A stretch of 64,000 nucleotides of DNA, taken from NCBI RefSeq assembly GCF_001194135.2, contig NC_068982.1, forward strand, positions 137,581,766 to 137,645,765, read 5' to 3'. Below are positions 48,631 through 62,084 of the stretch, piece after piece. The notes under the pieces are model-generated. The model worked only from the letters and a program-made list of their open reading frames with translations, made no database searches and was not told where the DNA came from. The DNA is from Octopus bimaculoides. Taxonomy: Eukaryota. The position numbers and the translations under genes are program-made. Every line of letters begins with the position of its first letter. Within the stretch, counting starts at the first letter, position 1.

Positions 48631-49626
48631 ACCTAGACATTACAAGCTAGAATCCCAGAACTCACCAGGGATGGTCATCTGGTTCCTGTGGTAGATGAAT
48701 GACCGAGATTACACTTCGTTTCACACAGCTCCAGCCCACTCGGCCACAAATGAGTAACCGTGCAATGGACTGGAATCCTATCCAGGGGAATGGTGTGATC
48801 ATGCTCACTTCTATGTCATGGAAACTGGGTAACTGGCTCTACTAGTCCTAGGACTCCTAGACAGTCATGTCCAAGGGGTTGATGATATTGCTGACGATGC
48901 CTCCAGCTGTGACATTAACATGCTGGCATTACTGACTGCATGGTCAATGGTTCAAATATCACTGCCTGTATCACACTTTGCCCGTGGATAAGATTGTGAA
49001 ACCTAACTGTGCTTCCCTGATAAGGTTTGAGGATAAAGTCATTTTCAGGGTTGAGTTGCTGAACAAGAAACAAAATCAAAGACAGCCGACAACTGAAGGG
49101 TCGTTCTTTGTGTTACTTGTCCTGTTTCCCATTTGTTTCTCTTGCCGTTTGCTTATTGAACTCATTTGTTTTCATATTTCATGTTGTTTACTGTTGGTGA
49201 CGTCCTGTACCCAAATATGCATACATACATATACATATATATATGTATATATATAATATAAATAATATATATATGAATATATACATACGTATATGTACAT
49301 ATTTACATATATACATATGCATATGTGGGCACAGGACATCACAGAACGTAAACAACAAAAAATACGAAAATATGGAATACAAAATACGAATACATGGAAT
49401 ATGGACTCTTTTTGGGAACAACGAAGGAAACAATTGGAAAACAAGACACGCAACATAAAGAACGACCCTTCATCAGTTGTCAGCTGTTTTTCTAATCCAT
49501 ACCTCAAGCATTCCATGACAAGATATGCCTTCGATAAAACAGTTGGCCCCGCAAATTAAATTAGATAAAATTTGGGATTTTGCAGAGGGTCAAAATGGGT
49601 AACAAAAGCATGTATATACATATGTG

Positions 49627-49671
<45 letters not shown>

Positions 49672-49783
49672 TATATTACTAAAGAAATGTATGGCCTACC
49701 AACACATAAATGGAAGAAGAAAAATAAAAGACAAAAACAGAAATAACAAAACAGAATTAAATGTAGTCGTTGATAATACTGAC

Positions 49784-49889
49784 CAGTTTTTTTCCTAATA
49801 TCTTCTATTCGAGTTCCACCTGAGCCATCATTCTCAGTAGCAACAAATAACTCTGTATTAATATCATTAACGGGACCATTGTAACTCTC
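49784..49889 (-). CDS. ZC3H15: ZC3H15 penultimate coding exon: ESYNGPVNDINTELFVATENDGSGGTRIEDIRKKT-G
   Basis: ttacag acceptor, gtcagt donor, 106 nt, phase 0 to 1, which bridges the two neighbouring exons in frame. VNDINTELF resembles human VNDIDLSLY. Not in the supplied ORF track. Confidence 0.85.
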
Positions 49890-50627
49890 CTGTAATTAGA
49901 AGGGAATATATGTAAGTGCAAGTGATGTGTGTGTGTATTAGTGTGGTTGAGAAGCTTGCTCCTCAACATCATTAGTTCCAAGTTCAGTTCCCCCCCCAAA
50001 AAAAAAATGGCACATACTTACGAAAATATGGGTTTCTATAAAACAGGAATTTTTCACCCAATATTCTACACACTGTTAATAGTGCTACTTCAAGTTCCAA
50101 CACTAAAATTTACCTCCTATCTCTCAAAGTTTCTGAAATCTAATGATCTAAACATCTTACAGTTCTTGCTAGTAAGAATAAAACTTCCAAAATAGATGGA
50201 GAAAATTTGAAGGGTTGCTTTGGTATAATGGTAGAACATCTGTTATGTTCACCGAAGATGTGGGTTTGATTGCCACAGGGAGCCATTGGTTGTTTTCCAT
50301 CCAAGGGGTTTTTTAACCCAATATTCTAAATGCTATAATTTATAGCATTATCTGCTTCAAGCTCCACCATTGAAAACAATTTATTTCACATCTCTCAGTT
50401 TCTAAATTATGTAGACACACACACAGTTATGACAGGTACTTGTTGACGTTTTTGGTAATTTGATAAAACAATTCTAGCAAAAACCAAATGTAGCAACAAT
50501 GACTGCATGTCTTTACAATTCTTGTGTTAGCATTTCACTCAATATGAGGGATTTGAAAGAAATAAAATCCTTTTAATTAGTCTGGAAAGAGTAATATTCC
50601 AATAATTGTCCTCAAATACTCCTCACA

Positions 50628-50679
<52 letters not shown>

Positions 50680-51118
50680 TGTTACTCTATTATTTATTTC
50701 AGTCATTTGACTGCAGCCATGCTGGAGCACCGCCTTTAGTCAAGCAAATCAACCCCAGGACTTATTCTTTGTAAGCCTAGTACTTATTTTATCAGTCTCT
50801 TTTGCTGGACCACCAAATTACAGGGAAGTAAACACACCAATATTGGTTGTCAAGCGATGTTGGGGGAACAAACACGGACAGACAAACATACACACACATA
50901 TACGACAGGCCTCTTTCAGTTTCTGTCTACCAAATTCATTCACAAGGCTTTGGTTAGCCTGAGGCTATAGTAGAAGACACTTGCCCAAGGTGCCACACAG
51001 TGGGACTGAACCCAGCACTATGCGGTTGGGAAGCAAGCTACTTACCACACAGCCACTCCTAAACTGTGTACAGGTATGATAGAGAAACTAATAAAATGCT
51101 CGGCTTCATCGTACATAC

Positions 51119-51226
51119 CTCACTTTCGTCATCAGATGTTGCCTGACTGTAATCAAAATCAGCAGCCCCTTCATCATCTTGGGTAATTAGGTCAGGATTG
51201 AACTCAAACATTTCTCGACCACTAAT
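51119..51226 (-). CDS. ZC3H15: ZC3H15 exon: ISGREMFEFNPDLITQDDEGAADFDYSQATSDDESE
   Basis: tttctttccag acceptor, gtatgt donor, 108 nt. Contains the conserved ISGRE-x-FEF-x-P motif of the DFRP domain. Confidence 0.95.
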
Positions 51227-52754
51227 CTGGAAAGAAAGAAACATAAAAAGTTAACAACAAACAAGTGTAAGCATACGCATGTATATAAACATGGATATTA
51301 CAGATATACATGTCCAGTGGCTGGCTTCAGGAAGAGCATCCAGCTGTAAAAGCCATGCAAAAGCAAACATCAGACACATTGGATCCTGTCAAACCATCCA
51401 ACCCATGCTGGCATATTATATACACTCAGGGGATTTACAAGGATAAAAATAGTTTCTAATCATGCTTTTTATACTATATTTGTGTTTATGTGTGTAAAAG
51501 AGTGTGTGTATATACACACACACACTCTTACTTGTTTCAGTCATTTGACTGCGGCCATGCTGGAGCACCGCCTTTAGTCGAACAAATCGACTCCAGGACT
51601 TATTCCTTGTCAGCCTAGTACTTAATCTATCGGTCTCTTTTGCCAAACCGCTATGTTATGGGGACGTAAACACACCAGCATCAGTTGTCAAGCGATGTTA
51701 AGGGGACAAACACACACACACACACATATACGACAGGCTTCTTTCAGTTTCCGCCTACCAAATACACTCACAAGGCTTTGGTCAGCCCGAGGCTATAGTA
51801 GAAGACACTTGCCCAAGGTGTCATGCAGTGGGACTGAACCTGGAACCATGTGGTTGCTAAGCAAGCTACTTACCACACAGCCACTCCTGTGATAGAGAAT
51901 TAGGGATTTATGCAGGTATAAAAATGTTTGTCTGTATGTACATATACACATCAAGGTATACAAAATGTAGAAAAAGTATCATATGTACTGGAATTTATTC
52001 AGCCAAAAGTTTCCCTTTGTTTCTTAACCCTTTAGCATTCAAATTGGCCAAAATATTCTGTTTTATGTTCAAACTGGCCAAACTAGCCTCTGACACCAAC
52101 CCTACAACATCATTCTAAAAATTAAATGTTACTTCATCAAAATCTCAAAGCTAAAACATAATGCCTGATTAATTCAAAACCTTTTCACAGAATAATATGG
52201 ATGCTGAATCGTCAAACAAAAGTTTAAACGCAAATAAGCCTCAAAAGCATGTAACGAAGCTGATTGTGTTAAAGATACCCACGGACGAGATGGTGGTATT
52301 AGACTGAGAAGCAAATTAAGTCCAGCCTATGCCAAGTAAGCTATGGTGGTATTTGAACATAGAATGCAAAGAACTGGAGTAAATACCACAAGGCAGTCCA
52401 TCCAATGCTGAAATGATTCTGCCAAGACATTGCTCTTCATTGAAACCGATAACCAACCTTGGAAAATGAAAGGCAAAGTTGACCCGTGAAATCTGAACAC
52501 AAGGAACATGAATAAATGCTGCAAGGCATTTGGTCTGAGGCTCCACTCCCAATCCACTGCTCTGGACAGGTATTTTAATGACCAGTCCCAGAAAATGAAA
52601 GGCAAAGTTGACTTCGATGAGATTTGGAATCAAAACATTACAAACTAAAATACAAGACATTTTGTTTGATGTTCTAATGATTCCTGCAGAGAGAGAGAGA
52701 GAGAGAGAGAGAATTATGTGCAAGGTCTGATCAAAGAGTTTCAGGACTGACGCT

Positions 52755-53200
52755 GTGGAGTGAAGCTGCTTGACACAGATTGACTTTGAATTCTGTCGTG
52801 CACGCACATTAAGTTATATTCTTGCTCACGCCAATTGTTTATAGCAGTGCTTGGAAGAAAAGTGTGGAGGGTGTAGTGGTCTCCCCACACACAAAAAAAA
52901 AAGGTTCCCTCAGTAACCATGGCAGAGAAAATGTGCATGCATGCACATGTGAGAGAGAGAAAAAGTTCACGGGTGGAAACGGACATGGTTTGAAAGTTAC
53001 TAAAGCCAAGAATTTTTCCAAAAATCAAATACCATTTGAAAGGAACAAGATTTTAAAAGGAAATCCAGGAGAATGCAACAAGGCAGCTGCTTACTAAAAA
53101 AAAAAAAAAAAAAAAGTTTCAGGAATGCTGCCATCAATGGAAACAATGCTGGATAAAGTGTGCAGTTTCAAAAAGGAACTACTTTGAAAGAGATTAAATG
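52755..53200 (+). mobile_element. Internally deleted mariner element (ZC3H15 intron)
   Basis: The 5' part is colinear with 42620-42720, and the 3' part reads as a decayed mariner C-terminus FQECCHQWKQCWIKC..NYFE. Confidence 0.55.
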
Positions 53201-53357
53201 CCCAACTGATATGATGTAGTTCTTTTAGCACTCATCCCCAACTGATTCACGTAAGAATTATCCAAGAATCATTAGTTGATTTTAAGAAGACCACAGAGTA
53301 AAGTTAATATCACCCTCTTTCCAAAAATATTCTGAAGAATATTCTCAAGAAACTTAC

Positions 53358-53435
53358 TCCAACTGTACGTCCAGCTTTAAATTCCGCTTTCTTCTTTTCT
53401 GTTTCCTGGTTAAAAGCAGCAATTTTCTGTTTTTT
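53358..53435 (-). CDS. ZC3H15: ZC3H15 exon: KKQKIAAFNQETEKKKAEFKAGRTVG
   Basis: caacag acceptor, gtaagt donor, 78 nt, phase 0 to 0. Matches [26 protein letters not shown]. Confidence 0.9.
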
Positions 53436-55969
53436 CTGTTGGATAAAATAAATAAAGAGAAATTAATTAAATTGAAAAAAGACCAATAAAATAAAACAAA
53501 TTTTTTTACTCAATTGTAATTAATTAGGCAGAGGTATATGGCTGTGTAGCTATGAAGCTTGCCTCCCAATCACATATCGTTTCAGGTTCAATCCCAACGA
53601 ACAGCACCTTGGGCAAGTGTCTTCTACTTAACATATATTTATATACAACCAAGACTATCCATCATCAATGACTGGCAAAGACACTCACTAAAACGGTACA
53701 ACCGTTTCTGAACAAGCTCAAGTCCAACTCAGAGCAATGTGCATATCCAGGAATAACACACTAGATGATGGGAGACATGAAACAAATCACAGAACATGTA
53801 AATATATTGAAAATAATGTTCATGCCTAAAAATATGGATGTATTGTGAGAAAAATGATAAACATAACTATGGTAGTTATTATGTTAAAAATTCTGCTTGT
53901 CTTAGACTGTTTGGCTGACAAACAAGTTCCCTTCTCACTTCACAGGTGACTGGTTAGTGGTGAAAGGGTTTCTAACTGGAAACCAAGATGCCTAAACAAT
54001 ATGCAAATTCAACGAAATAACAGTGCTGGTTTCTATACTTCTCAGGTGGGACATTAACCTTTTAATGCAGAAAAATTATTTAAAGAATTCTATGGCCTCT
54101 GTCTAAAACACATTTTTGTAAATGTGATTTTATAGTATGGACAATCTATAGACTCTTCATTCATCACAGTGTCTTACAAATTGTGACAATCCACCCCCTC
54201 CTCCTCATCATCATCATTCAACATCCATGTTATATTCTGGCATGGGTTAGATGGTTTGACAGAGTCTGATGGATCCAAGGACTGCACTAGTGTTTGCTTC
54301 GGCATAGTTTCTACAGCTGGATGCCCTTCTTAATGCCAACCACTTTACAGCATGTACTGGGAACTTTTTTTGTGTTGCCGACACTAATGAAGTCACCATA
54401 TAATTCCTAAGACTACAAAACCTGAGGTTGGGGCAGGGCTTTATGCAAGGAGAAGAAGGGCTAAAGTATGAAAGAAGGGTGAGTTGGGCAAGCAGGTTCT
54501 TGTCATGGAGGAGCTACAAGGTTACATTTAGAAGAGAGGGTGAGAATGATCTGTTGTTGTCGTTTGTGTATGACACAGTTTTTACAGCTTGATGTCCTTC
54601 CAGTCACCGATCATTTTAAAACTGTGGTCCACAAGGACAAGACAGGGGGTCCCTGGACAGCAAATACTTTTTATGGGCAATTTGATTTTATATATGTTTT
54701 TTAATTGAAATCTTTTAATTGACAATAAACCTATTTGTTAAATACTGTTAAATAAATAAATGTAAAAATATATGTTATTTTAAGCAAATATTTATGTATA
54801 AATTTCATAAGCGTTTATAAGGGGGTCCCTAAGGTAAAGCCTGAAATATAAAGGGGTCCGCAAGTCAAAAAGTTTGAAAACCCCTGCTTTAAAGCATGAA
54901 CTGAATGCATTTTATCACGCCATTAACACAAGAGAGTTTGTCTGCACCAGGACCAACTGGAGAATCTGTGTTACTTCAGAGTCACTGCACTCATAAATGG
55001 GCTGGGTATTTTTTGTGTTTGCAGAGCCAACTTCACCTCCATCTCACACAATTTGTCTGTTTTGTCGGTGGACACACCAAGATTTTGGGATTGCTTGCAT
55101 ATATTACAACAGTGAAGGAAATATAAAACTGTAAACAGTTACATAATACACTTTGTATGCATCAAGTGATATTGAGCTGTTTTCTACAGAAAGGACAAGG
55201 AGTAAACTCCTTCGGAATTATTTAATGAATAAAATTAAATATAATCACTAGAATTTGAGGAGGGTTGCTGCTATAAGAGCAGGCAACAGTCAAGTTGGTA
55301 GGAAAATAAATACATAATCCTTCCTAATTTTGGCACAAGGCCAACCGTCTTGAGAAGCGGGTGAAGTTGATTTCATCAACCCCAGTGCTCAATTAGCACT
55401 TATTTAATCAACCCCAAAAGAACGAAAGGCAAAGTTGACTGTAGTGGAATTTGAACCCAGAACTTAAAGAGTCAGAAGAAATGTTGAATAATGTTTCAAG
55501 TAGAGTATTATTTCATCACATGGAACAACTACATACTATTCGCATGTTATGCATTAGGTCAGATGCTTCTCATGGGGACAGAAAGGGCTGTGAGAGTGAG
55601 AAAGGGGACAGACAAAGGGACAGCTGCAAAAAGATGAAGAAGGTGGACAAATTGTTGAGTTTGACAAAATTAAGAAAGATTTAATCTGCTAAAACTTGCC
55701 CAACACTAGAGCAAAGGAAGAAAAAAAATTCTATGGATGCAGACTATATTTTACCATTTTCTTAAAAATAAAAGTTGGTAGAGAAGAAGCAAAAAAATTT
55801 CCTTGATATATTTTTTGAAGGAGATAGGTATTTGTGAGTTTGGAAACCACTGCATTAAGTTATAGCTGGGTATGTTAACTTGTGGAAAATGGAGAGGGGA
55901 GAGAAGCAGGGGAAAGGAGAGTTAGGTAGAGAAAGGTCTGGTATCTGGTTAAAGAAAGTTGCAGGTTAC

Positions 55970-56038
55970 CTTTCGCTCCTTCCATTCCAAGAAAGTCTGC
56001 AAAGTGATTTTTGTTCCTGTATGAACAAGAGCTGCTCT
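55970..56038 (-). CDS. ZC3H15: ZC3H15 exon: RAALVHTGTKITLQTFLEWKERK
   Basis: ctacag acceptor, gtaac donor, 69 nt, phase 0 to 0. Matches [23 protein letters not shown]. Confidence 0.93.
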
Positions 56039-56516
56039 CTGTAGAATAAAGAAGAACAAATAGTGATATCAGCTCAAACTGAAAAGAAGAAGCTTAAACA
56101 AGTCTGTAACAGAGTTAATAAAATACAGTCCAGGTCATCATTATCATCGTTTAACGTCCGCTTTCCAACGCTCTCAATGATCACGCTCGAATGGTGCTTT
56201 TCCTGTGCCACCAGCACAGGAGCCAATCCGTGGCCCTGGCAACAATCACACAGATGTGCTTTTAACATTCCACTGGCATGAGTGCCAATCAGGCAGTACT
56301 GTCATCAACCACATCAGTGATTTTGATTTGTTTTCACTAACCTCAACAGGTCTTTGCAAGAAAATTTATTGTCCAATGAATGAGGGGTACTCATAAGTGG
56401 GCTGGTTACACCCCACGTTCGGATGTGCTTTTAACATTCCACTGAATATTTATATATCATCATCATCATATATATAAAATCATATGTACAAAAACTATAG
56501 GCAAAGCTAAAATACA

Positions 56517-56770
56517 GGTATATGGCGTAGTGGTTAAGAACGCAGGATACTAACCCTAAGATTTGAAGTTCAATTCCAAGCAGTGACCTGAACAATAATA
56601 ACATCAAAAAATACCTTAGGAATGAGAACCAAGGTTCAAAATTTCCCCAAGACACCTGAAGGCTGGAGGGTATATCAGCCGAAACGTTTTAACAACAAAC
56701 AAGATGAGGATAAATATCCGTCAAATGTAAATAATGTACATAATTCCTCATCTCTTAAATATAGAACTGT
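56517..56770 (+). mobile_element. SINE-like solo copy of the Penelope 3' module: tRNA-like head, defective hammerhead and tail
   Basis: Head tggcgtagtggttaag...gttcaattc matches 40261-40190, and the remainder matches 40416-40575. The hammerhead core has a 3-nt deletion (ctgaagg). Confidence 0.7.
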
Positions 56771-56826
56771 AAAGCTAAAATAGATGATATATTTAGTATA
56801 CATAGTAAATAAAAGTTTCTACTCAC

Positions 56827-56903
56827 TTCTTTCTCAATTAATTCTTCAAGAGAAATTTCATCTTTCTTTTCTAACAATTTTTGGTCTTTTTTCAATACAA
56901 ATC
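56827..56903 (-). CDS. ZC3H15: ZC3H15 exon: GFVLKKDQKLLEKKDEISLEELIEKE
   Basis: ctgaag acceptor, gtgagt donor, 77 nt, phase 1 to 0. Matches GFVLKKD...EISLEDLIE (start of the DFRP domain). Confidence 0.95.
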
Positions 56904-57736
56904 CTTCAGAAATTATATAAAAAATAGAATTTATCATATAGTATGAAAGAATTGTGAAATTTAGATAAAGAAATGAATTGCAGAAAATTTACAGGAAAAC
57001 TTGTATATAATGTAAGATAACGACAACAAATGATATAATTCCTAATATTGGTAGAAGGGCACTAGAAAGATGGAAGATAAAGTGCCAGCCTTGGCAGATT
57101 TTCAATTCATAACTGTAGAGAAAACAAATCTACAAGGTATTTTGTCTGCTCTTCAATGTTCTTTAATAATACATGGATCCCACTCTCTGCTATGTTCATG
57201 GAAAAATATGAATCAATGCTTCAATATGATGTAATGACCTTTGCACAGGTAAATGCTATTGATGATGATGATATTGTAGTCTCAATAGTGATATTTTTTT
57301 TTTACATGATTAATAATTGATTTCACCATCTGCTTCATCATCATTAATTGATAGGCCAATGAGAATGCTTCTATGCAACTGTTTAGCCTGCAAGAAATAG
57401 TAACCAAATCTTCCTTTAATATTCTGTTGTGTCTGGAGAGAGTCATTCTCTTTCAGTGCCTTATAATTAAACACATTCACCAGTAAAATTTCCACTCATT
57501 TACTTATTTATTTTTCTAAAAATTTTCATTGTATCTTGCAACCTTCTCAAACAAAACTTCCTTTAATAACACCATTTAAAAGAAAAAAGAAAAAAGGCAC
57601 AGGACACATTGGACAAATGTTTGTTCAAACAGAGATGAACAACAGTAGCTAAATGACACCAGTTTAAAAGCATATCACACCTCCCACACTAATTTATAAA
57701 CATACATGTCAAATATAATAGGACTTCTATACATAC

Positions 57737-57842
57737 CTGCTGGTAAACAATGCCGATATATACATTTATCGTTGCCATTTGGACAATCCCAAAACCAACC
57801 ATACTTGCTGTTCTCAACAGCATCTAAAAAGTATTTGCAAAT
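57737..57842 (-). CDS. ZC3H15: ZC3H15 exon with second CCCH finger: [36 protein letters not shown]
   Basis: tttttcag acceptor, gtatgt donor, 106 nt. Contains the diagnostic KYGWFW-x-CP motif of ZC3H15/Tma46. Confidence 0.97.
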
Positions 57843-58703
57843 CTGAAAAACAATTATATACAAACATATATAAACGTATGTGCATATTGATGTAACAATG
57901 TTGAAGAAGTTTATTGTAAAATAAAAACATTGAATATAAGTCATAATATATAGCATTTAAGGGTCAGGTGTCACATTTTGTAAATGATTCAGAAACAGGT
58001 TTGTTGTTTCTCCACATATCTTTAATCATCATTATCGTTTAACGTCCGCTTTCCATGCTAGCATGGGTTGGACGATTTGACTGAGGACTGGCAAGCCAGA
58101 TGGCTGCACCAGGCTCCAATCTGATCTGCCAGAGTTTCTACAGCTGGATGTCCTTCCTAACGCCAACCACTTGAGAAGCGGGTGAAGTTGATTACATCAA
58201 CACCAGTGCTCAATTAGTACTTATTTAACCAACCCCAAAAGAACGAAAGACAAAGTTGACTGTAGTGGAATTTGAACCCAGAAGGTAAAAGAGAGTGTAG
58301 TGGGCCAGTCACACGGTACTGGCAATGGCCACACTCAAAATGGTGTTTTTTACGTGCCACCTGCACAGGAGCCAGTCCAGCGGCACTGGCAATGACCTCG
58401 TTCAAATGATTTTCTGCAAAGTGGGGACCCATCCTGGTAGTCTTGGGCTCGGTCTCAGTGTTCACACCTTGGGTAAGTGTTTCCTACAATAGCCCTGGGC
58501 AACCAAAGCCTTGTGGGCAATTTGGTAGACAGAAACTGAAAGAAACCCACCAGGTGTAATATATGTGCATGGGTGTGTGAATGTGTGCCCTTGACTAGAC
58601 ATTAGGTAATGCTTATAATTGAGCACCACTGCCATACCAGTGAGGGTCTGCAAATAGGAAGGACATTCAAAGCCATGTGTGGAAACCCATTGTGTAGAAG
58701 TGT

Positions 58704-58734
<31 letters not shown>

Positions 58735-59445
58735 ACAATGTGGTTGGCATTAGGAAGGGTATCTAGCCATAAAACCTATACAAAAGCAGACACTGGATCA
58801 TGATGCATTTCTTGGACCCACTGGTTCCTTGTCAAACCGTCCGACTCATGCCAGCATGGAACATAGATGTTAATGATGTTCATCATCATCATTTAACATC
58901 TGCTTTCCATGCTAGCATGGATTGGACGATTTGACTGGGGACTGGCAAACCAGATGGCTACACCAGACTCCAATCTGATCTGGCAGAGTTTCTACAGCTG
59001 GATGCCCTTCCTAACGCCAACCACTCCGAGAGTGTAATGGGTGCTTTTTACGTGCCACCAGCACGAGGAACAGTCCGGCGATACTGGCAATGGCCATGCT
59101 CAAATGGTGCCTTTTTTATGTGCCACCTGCACAGAAGTCAGTCCAATGTTTTGTTCACATGCCACCGGCACAAGTGCCAGGAAGGCGAAGCTGGAAACGA
59201 GACCGCTGCTCAGGCAGTGATCCCGCTCGGATGGTGTTGTTAACGCTCCACTGGCACGGGTGCCAGTCATCGAATTTGGTTCAGTTTCGATGACTGATAT
59301 ATATATATATCTCAACACACACACTGACAATCAGTGTTGATTTGTTTACATCCCTATAATTTAGCGGTTTCGTAACAGAGACCCTTCGAAGTGGTACCCC
59401 AGCAGGGCCACATCCCAATGACTGAAACAAGTAAAAGATACTTAC

Positions 59446-59537
59446 AATAGAAGTTTTTGGCTTAGCCTTGTTACTTTCTCCATGTTTCTGATCAACAACT
59501 TCTTCCAGCTTCTGCTGGTCCCAATCATTCATAGTCT
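59446..59537 (-). CDS. ZC3H15: ZC3H15 exon: ETMNDWDQQKLEEVVDQKHGESNKAKPKTSI
   Basis: tacag acceptor, gtaag donor, 92 nt, phase 1 to 0. Matches the ZC3H15 motif [20 protein letters not shown]. Confidence 0.96.
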
Positions 59538-61943
59538 CTGTAATATATCACAAACAAATAGACATCAGACATAACATTTCTGGATCCGACAATTACTTCT
59601 AACCATCTCCACATTAATTTTAATAACTGTTAAGTGTGTATGACTTGCCAAACCCATATCAGATTGATGTATTGTATTTATGACTTCATATAATAAATGT
59701 ACAGGTGCAGGAGTGGCTGTGTGTTAAGAAGTTTGCTTACCAACCACATGGTTCTGGGTTCAGTCCCACAGCATGACACCTTGGGCAAGTGTCTTCTACC
59801 ATGGCCTTGAGCCAACCAAAGTCTTGTGAGTAGATTTAGTAGACGGAAACTGAAAGAAGCCCATTATGCATATATATATTTATGTGTGTATGTGTTTGTA
59901 CCCTCAACATCACTTGACAACCGATGCTGGTGTGTTTACGTCCCCGTAACTTAGCGGTCCTGCAAAAGAGACCGATAGAATAAGTACTAGACTTCCAAAG
60001 AATAAGTCCTGGGGTCGATTTGCTCGACTAAAGGCACTGCTCCAGCATGACCGCAGTCAAATAACTGAAACAAACAAAAGAATAGGAACTTTGTAACCCG
60101 TACTAAAGTGGAGAAATAGCTACTATTGATCGCATGTGATGTGGATGTGTTTATGCAATGCTCAACGCATTTACATGGAAACCTGAATATATTTATTATA
60201 TGTTTATATATTTGCAGAGGAACACTCTGCAAAGTGGTTGGTGTTAGGAAGGGCATCCAGCTGTAGAAACCTTACTAAAACAGACAATGGAACTTGGTGC
60301 AAGCCCTGGTCTTGCTAGCACCTGTCAAGCTATTCAACCCATGCCAGTATGTAAAACAGATGTTAAACGATGATGGTGATGTAGCTTATATATGGACAAT
60401 CATCATCATTGTCTAACGTCCGCGTATATTTCTACTCTGTATTTAGCTAATTAAACAAGCTGTTAGTAAAAGATAATAAAAGTTATAGCAGCTAATTGCC
60501 TTTCATGTGCATGATGTTAAAGAGACAGACAAACAGAGGGAAGGAGGAGACACTGTCAATAACGTTACTTATCAGCGTTTAACATTCTTTATTTTTAAAT
60601 GTATCCAAGACTTGACCTGCATCTAATGCAGCCATATTACAAACAGGAAGCAGAAAGACTGAGAACTATAGACTAGATGAGCATAAGGCTATTATGTAAA
60701 ATAATTTTCCCTAATGATATTTATTTCTTTATTGCCCACAAGGGGCTAAACATAGAGGGGAGAAACAAGGACAGACAATGGAATTAAGTCAAATTACATC
60801 AACCCCAGTGTGCAACTGGTACTTATTTAATCGACCCCGAAAGAATGAAAGGCAAAATTGACCTCGGTGGAATTTGAACTCAGAACGTAATGGCAGACGA
60901 AATACTACTAAGCATTTCGCCCAGTGTGCTAACGATTCTGCCAGCTCGCCACCATTCCTAGTAATAAATACTGAAAACAAGTTAAATCACCACAGACTAT
61001 TAGTACAAACTTACAAAATATTGTTTATGGTACATCAGCAGTTGTGTGATAATTACCTCATTATGCATCCTTTCTCAGCATACATAACCCACACCAAATA
61101 TTTTATAATTGTTACCTTTAAGAAACATTTTTTATTATCTCAACGAAAAATTCACCTAGAAAGATGAAAGTATGTTTAATTTTTATCTGCCTGTCAACTA
61201 TTTGTCAAGAATGGATAACAACAAAACCAGTCTGGCAGCTTGGTTGTGGTAGCATAAAATACAATAACCAAAATACAAGTTTTACATTCTCTTGACCCAA
61301 ACATATACAATTAATATAGTTGAGATAAGAGAAAAGAAAGTTGAAATATGGTTCTCCCATAACATCATCATCGTTTAACGTCCACTTTCCATGCTAGCAT
61401 GGGTTGGACGATTTGACTGAGGACTGGTGAACCAGATGGCTGTACCAGGCTCCAATCTGATCTGGCAGAGTTTCTACAGCTGGATGCCCTTCCTAACGCC
61501 AACCACTCCGAGAGTGTAGTGGGTGCTTTTACATGCCACCGGCACGAGGGCCAGTCTGGCGGTACTAGCAACGGCCACACTCAAATGGTGTTTTTTACGT
61601 GCCACCTGCACAGGAGTTAGTCCAATGTTTCGTTCACATGCCACCGGCACAAGTTCTAGTTTATTTGATAAATTTATGGTTTCATACTTTATTCCAGTAT
61701 GCTACCACAATATCGTATTTGCATGCACAGAATCATACATTTTCCCCTTCATCAAAACCATTTAAAGATATCTTTTAATTAGCTTTTCTCCGAAAACTTA
61801 CCAGTAAAATATGAGTGCATCTTGTGCAAGAGTGCAACTTATATGCCAGATAAAATAATGGTGATTATATTAATAGATCTCAAAACAAGAACAATTATAG
61901 ACATTTTTTTTGTATCAGGTAAATAAGAAAAGTTGGTTCTTAC

Positions 61944-62084
61944 CTCCTTCGCGAGTATCTTCATAGATATTCTTTTTGGCTCCTTTCCGCTCGATGGCTA
62001 AATCATGGGAAAATTTACATTTATCTCCTTTTGTACAAAGGCCTTGTTTGAAAAATACACACAATACAGACTTAGGATCAGCAC
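61944..62084 (-). CDS. ZC3H15: ZC3H15 exon with first CCCH zinc finger: [47 protein letters not shown]
   Basis: Hand-translated; ttccag acceptor, gtaag donor, 141 nt. C-x7-C-x5-C-x3-H finger, nearly identical to ZC3H15/Tma46 [29 protein letters not shown]. Confidence 0.97.

Noticed and set aside
48860-48990. Candidate for the missing ZC3H15 exon
   Set aside because: Stops occur in the tested frames, and the exon at 49784-49889 supplies the correct phase and homology.
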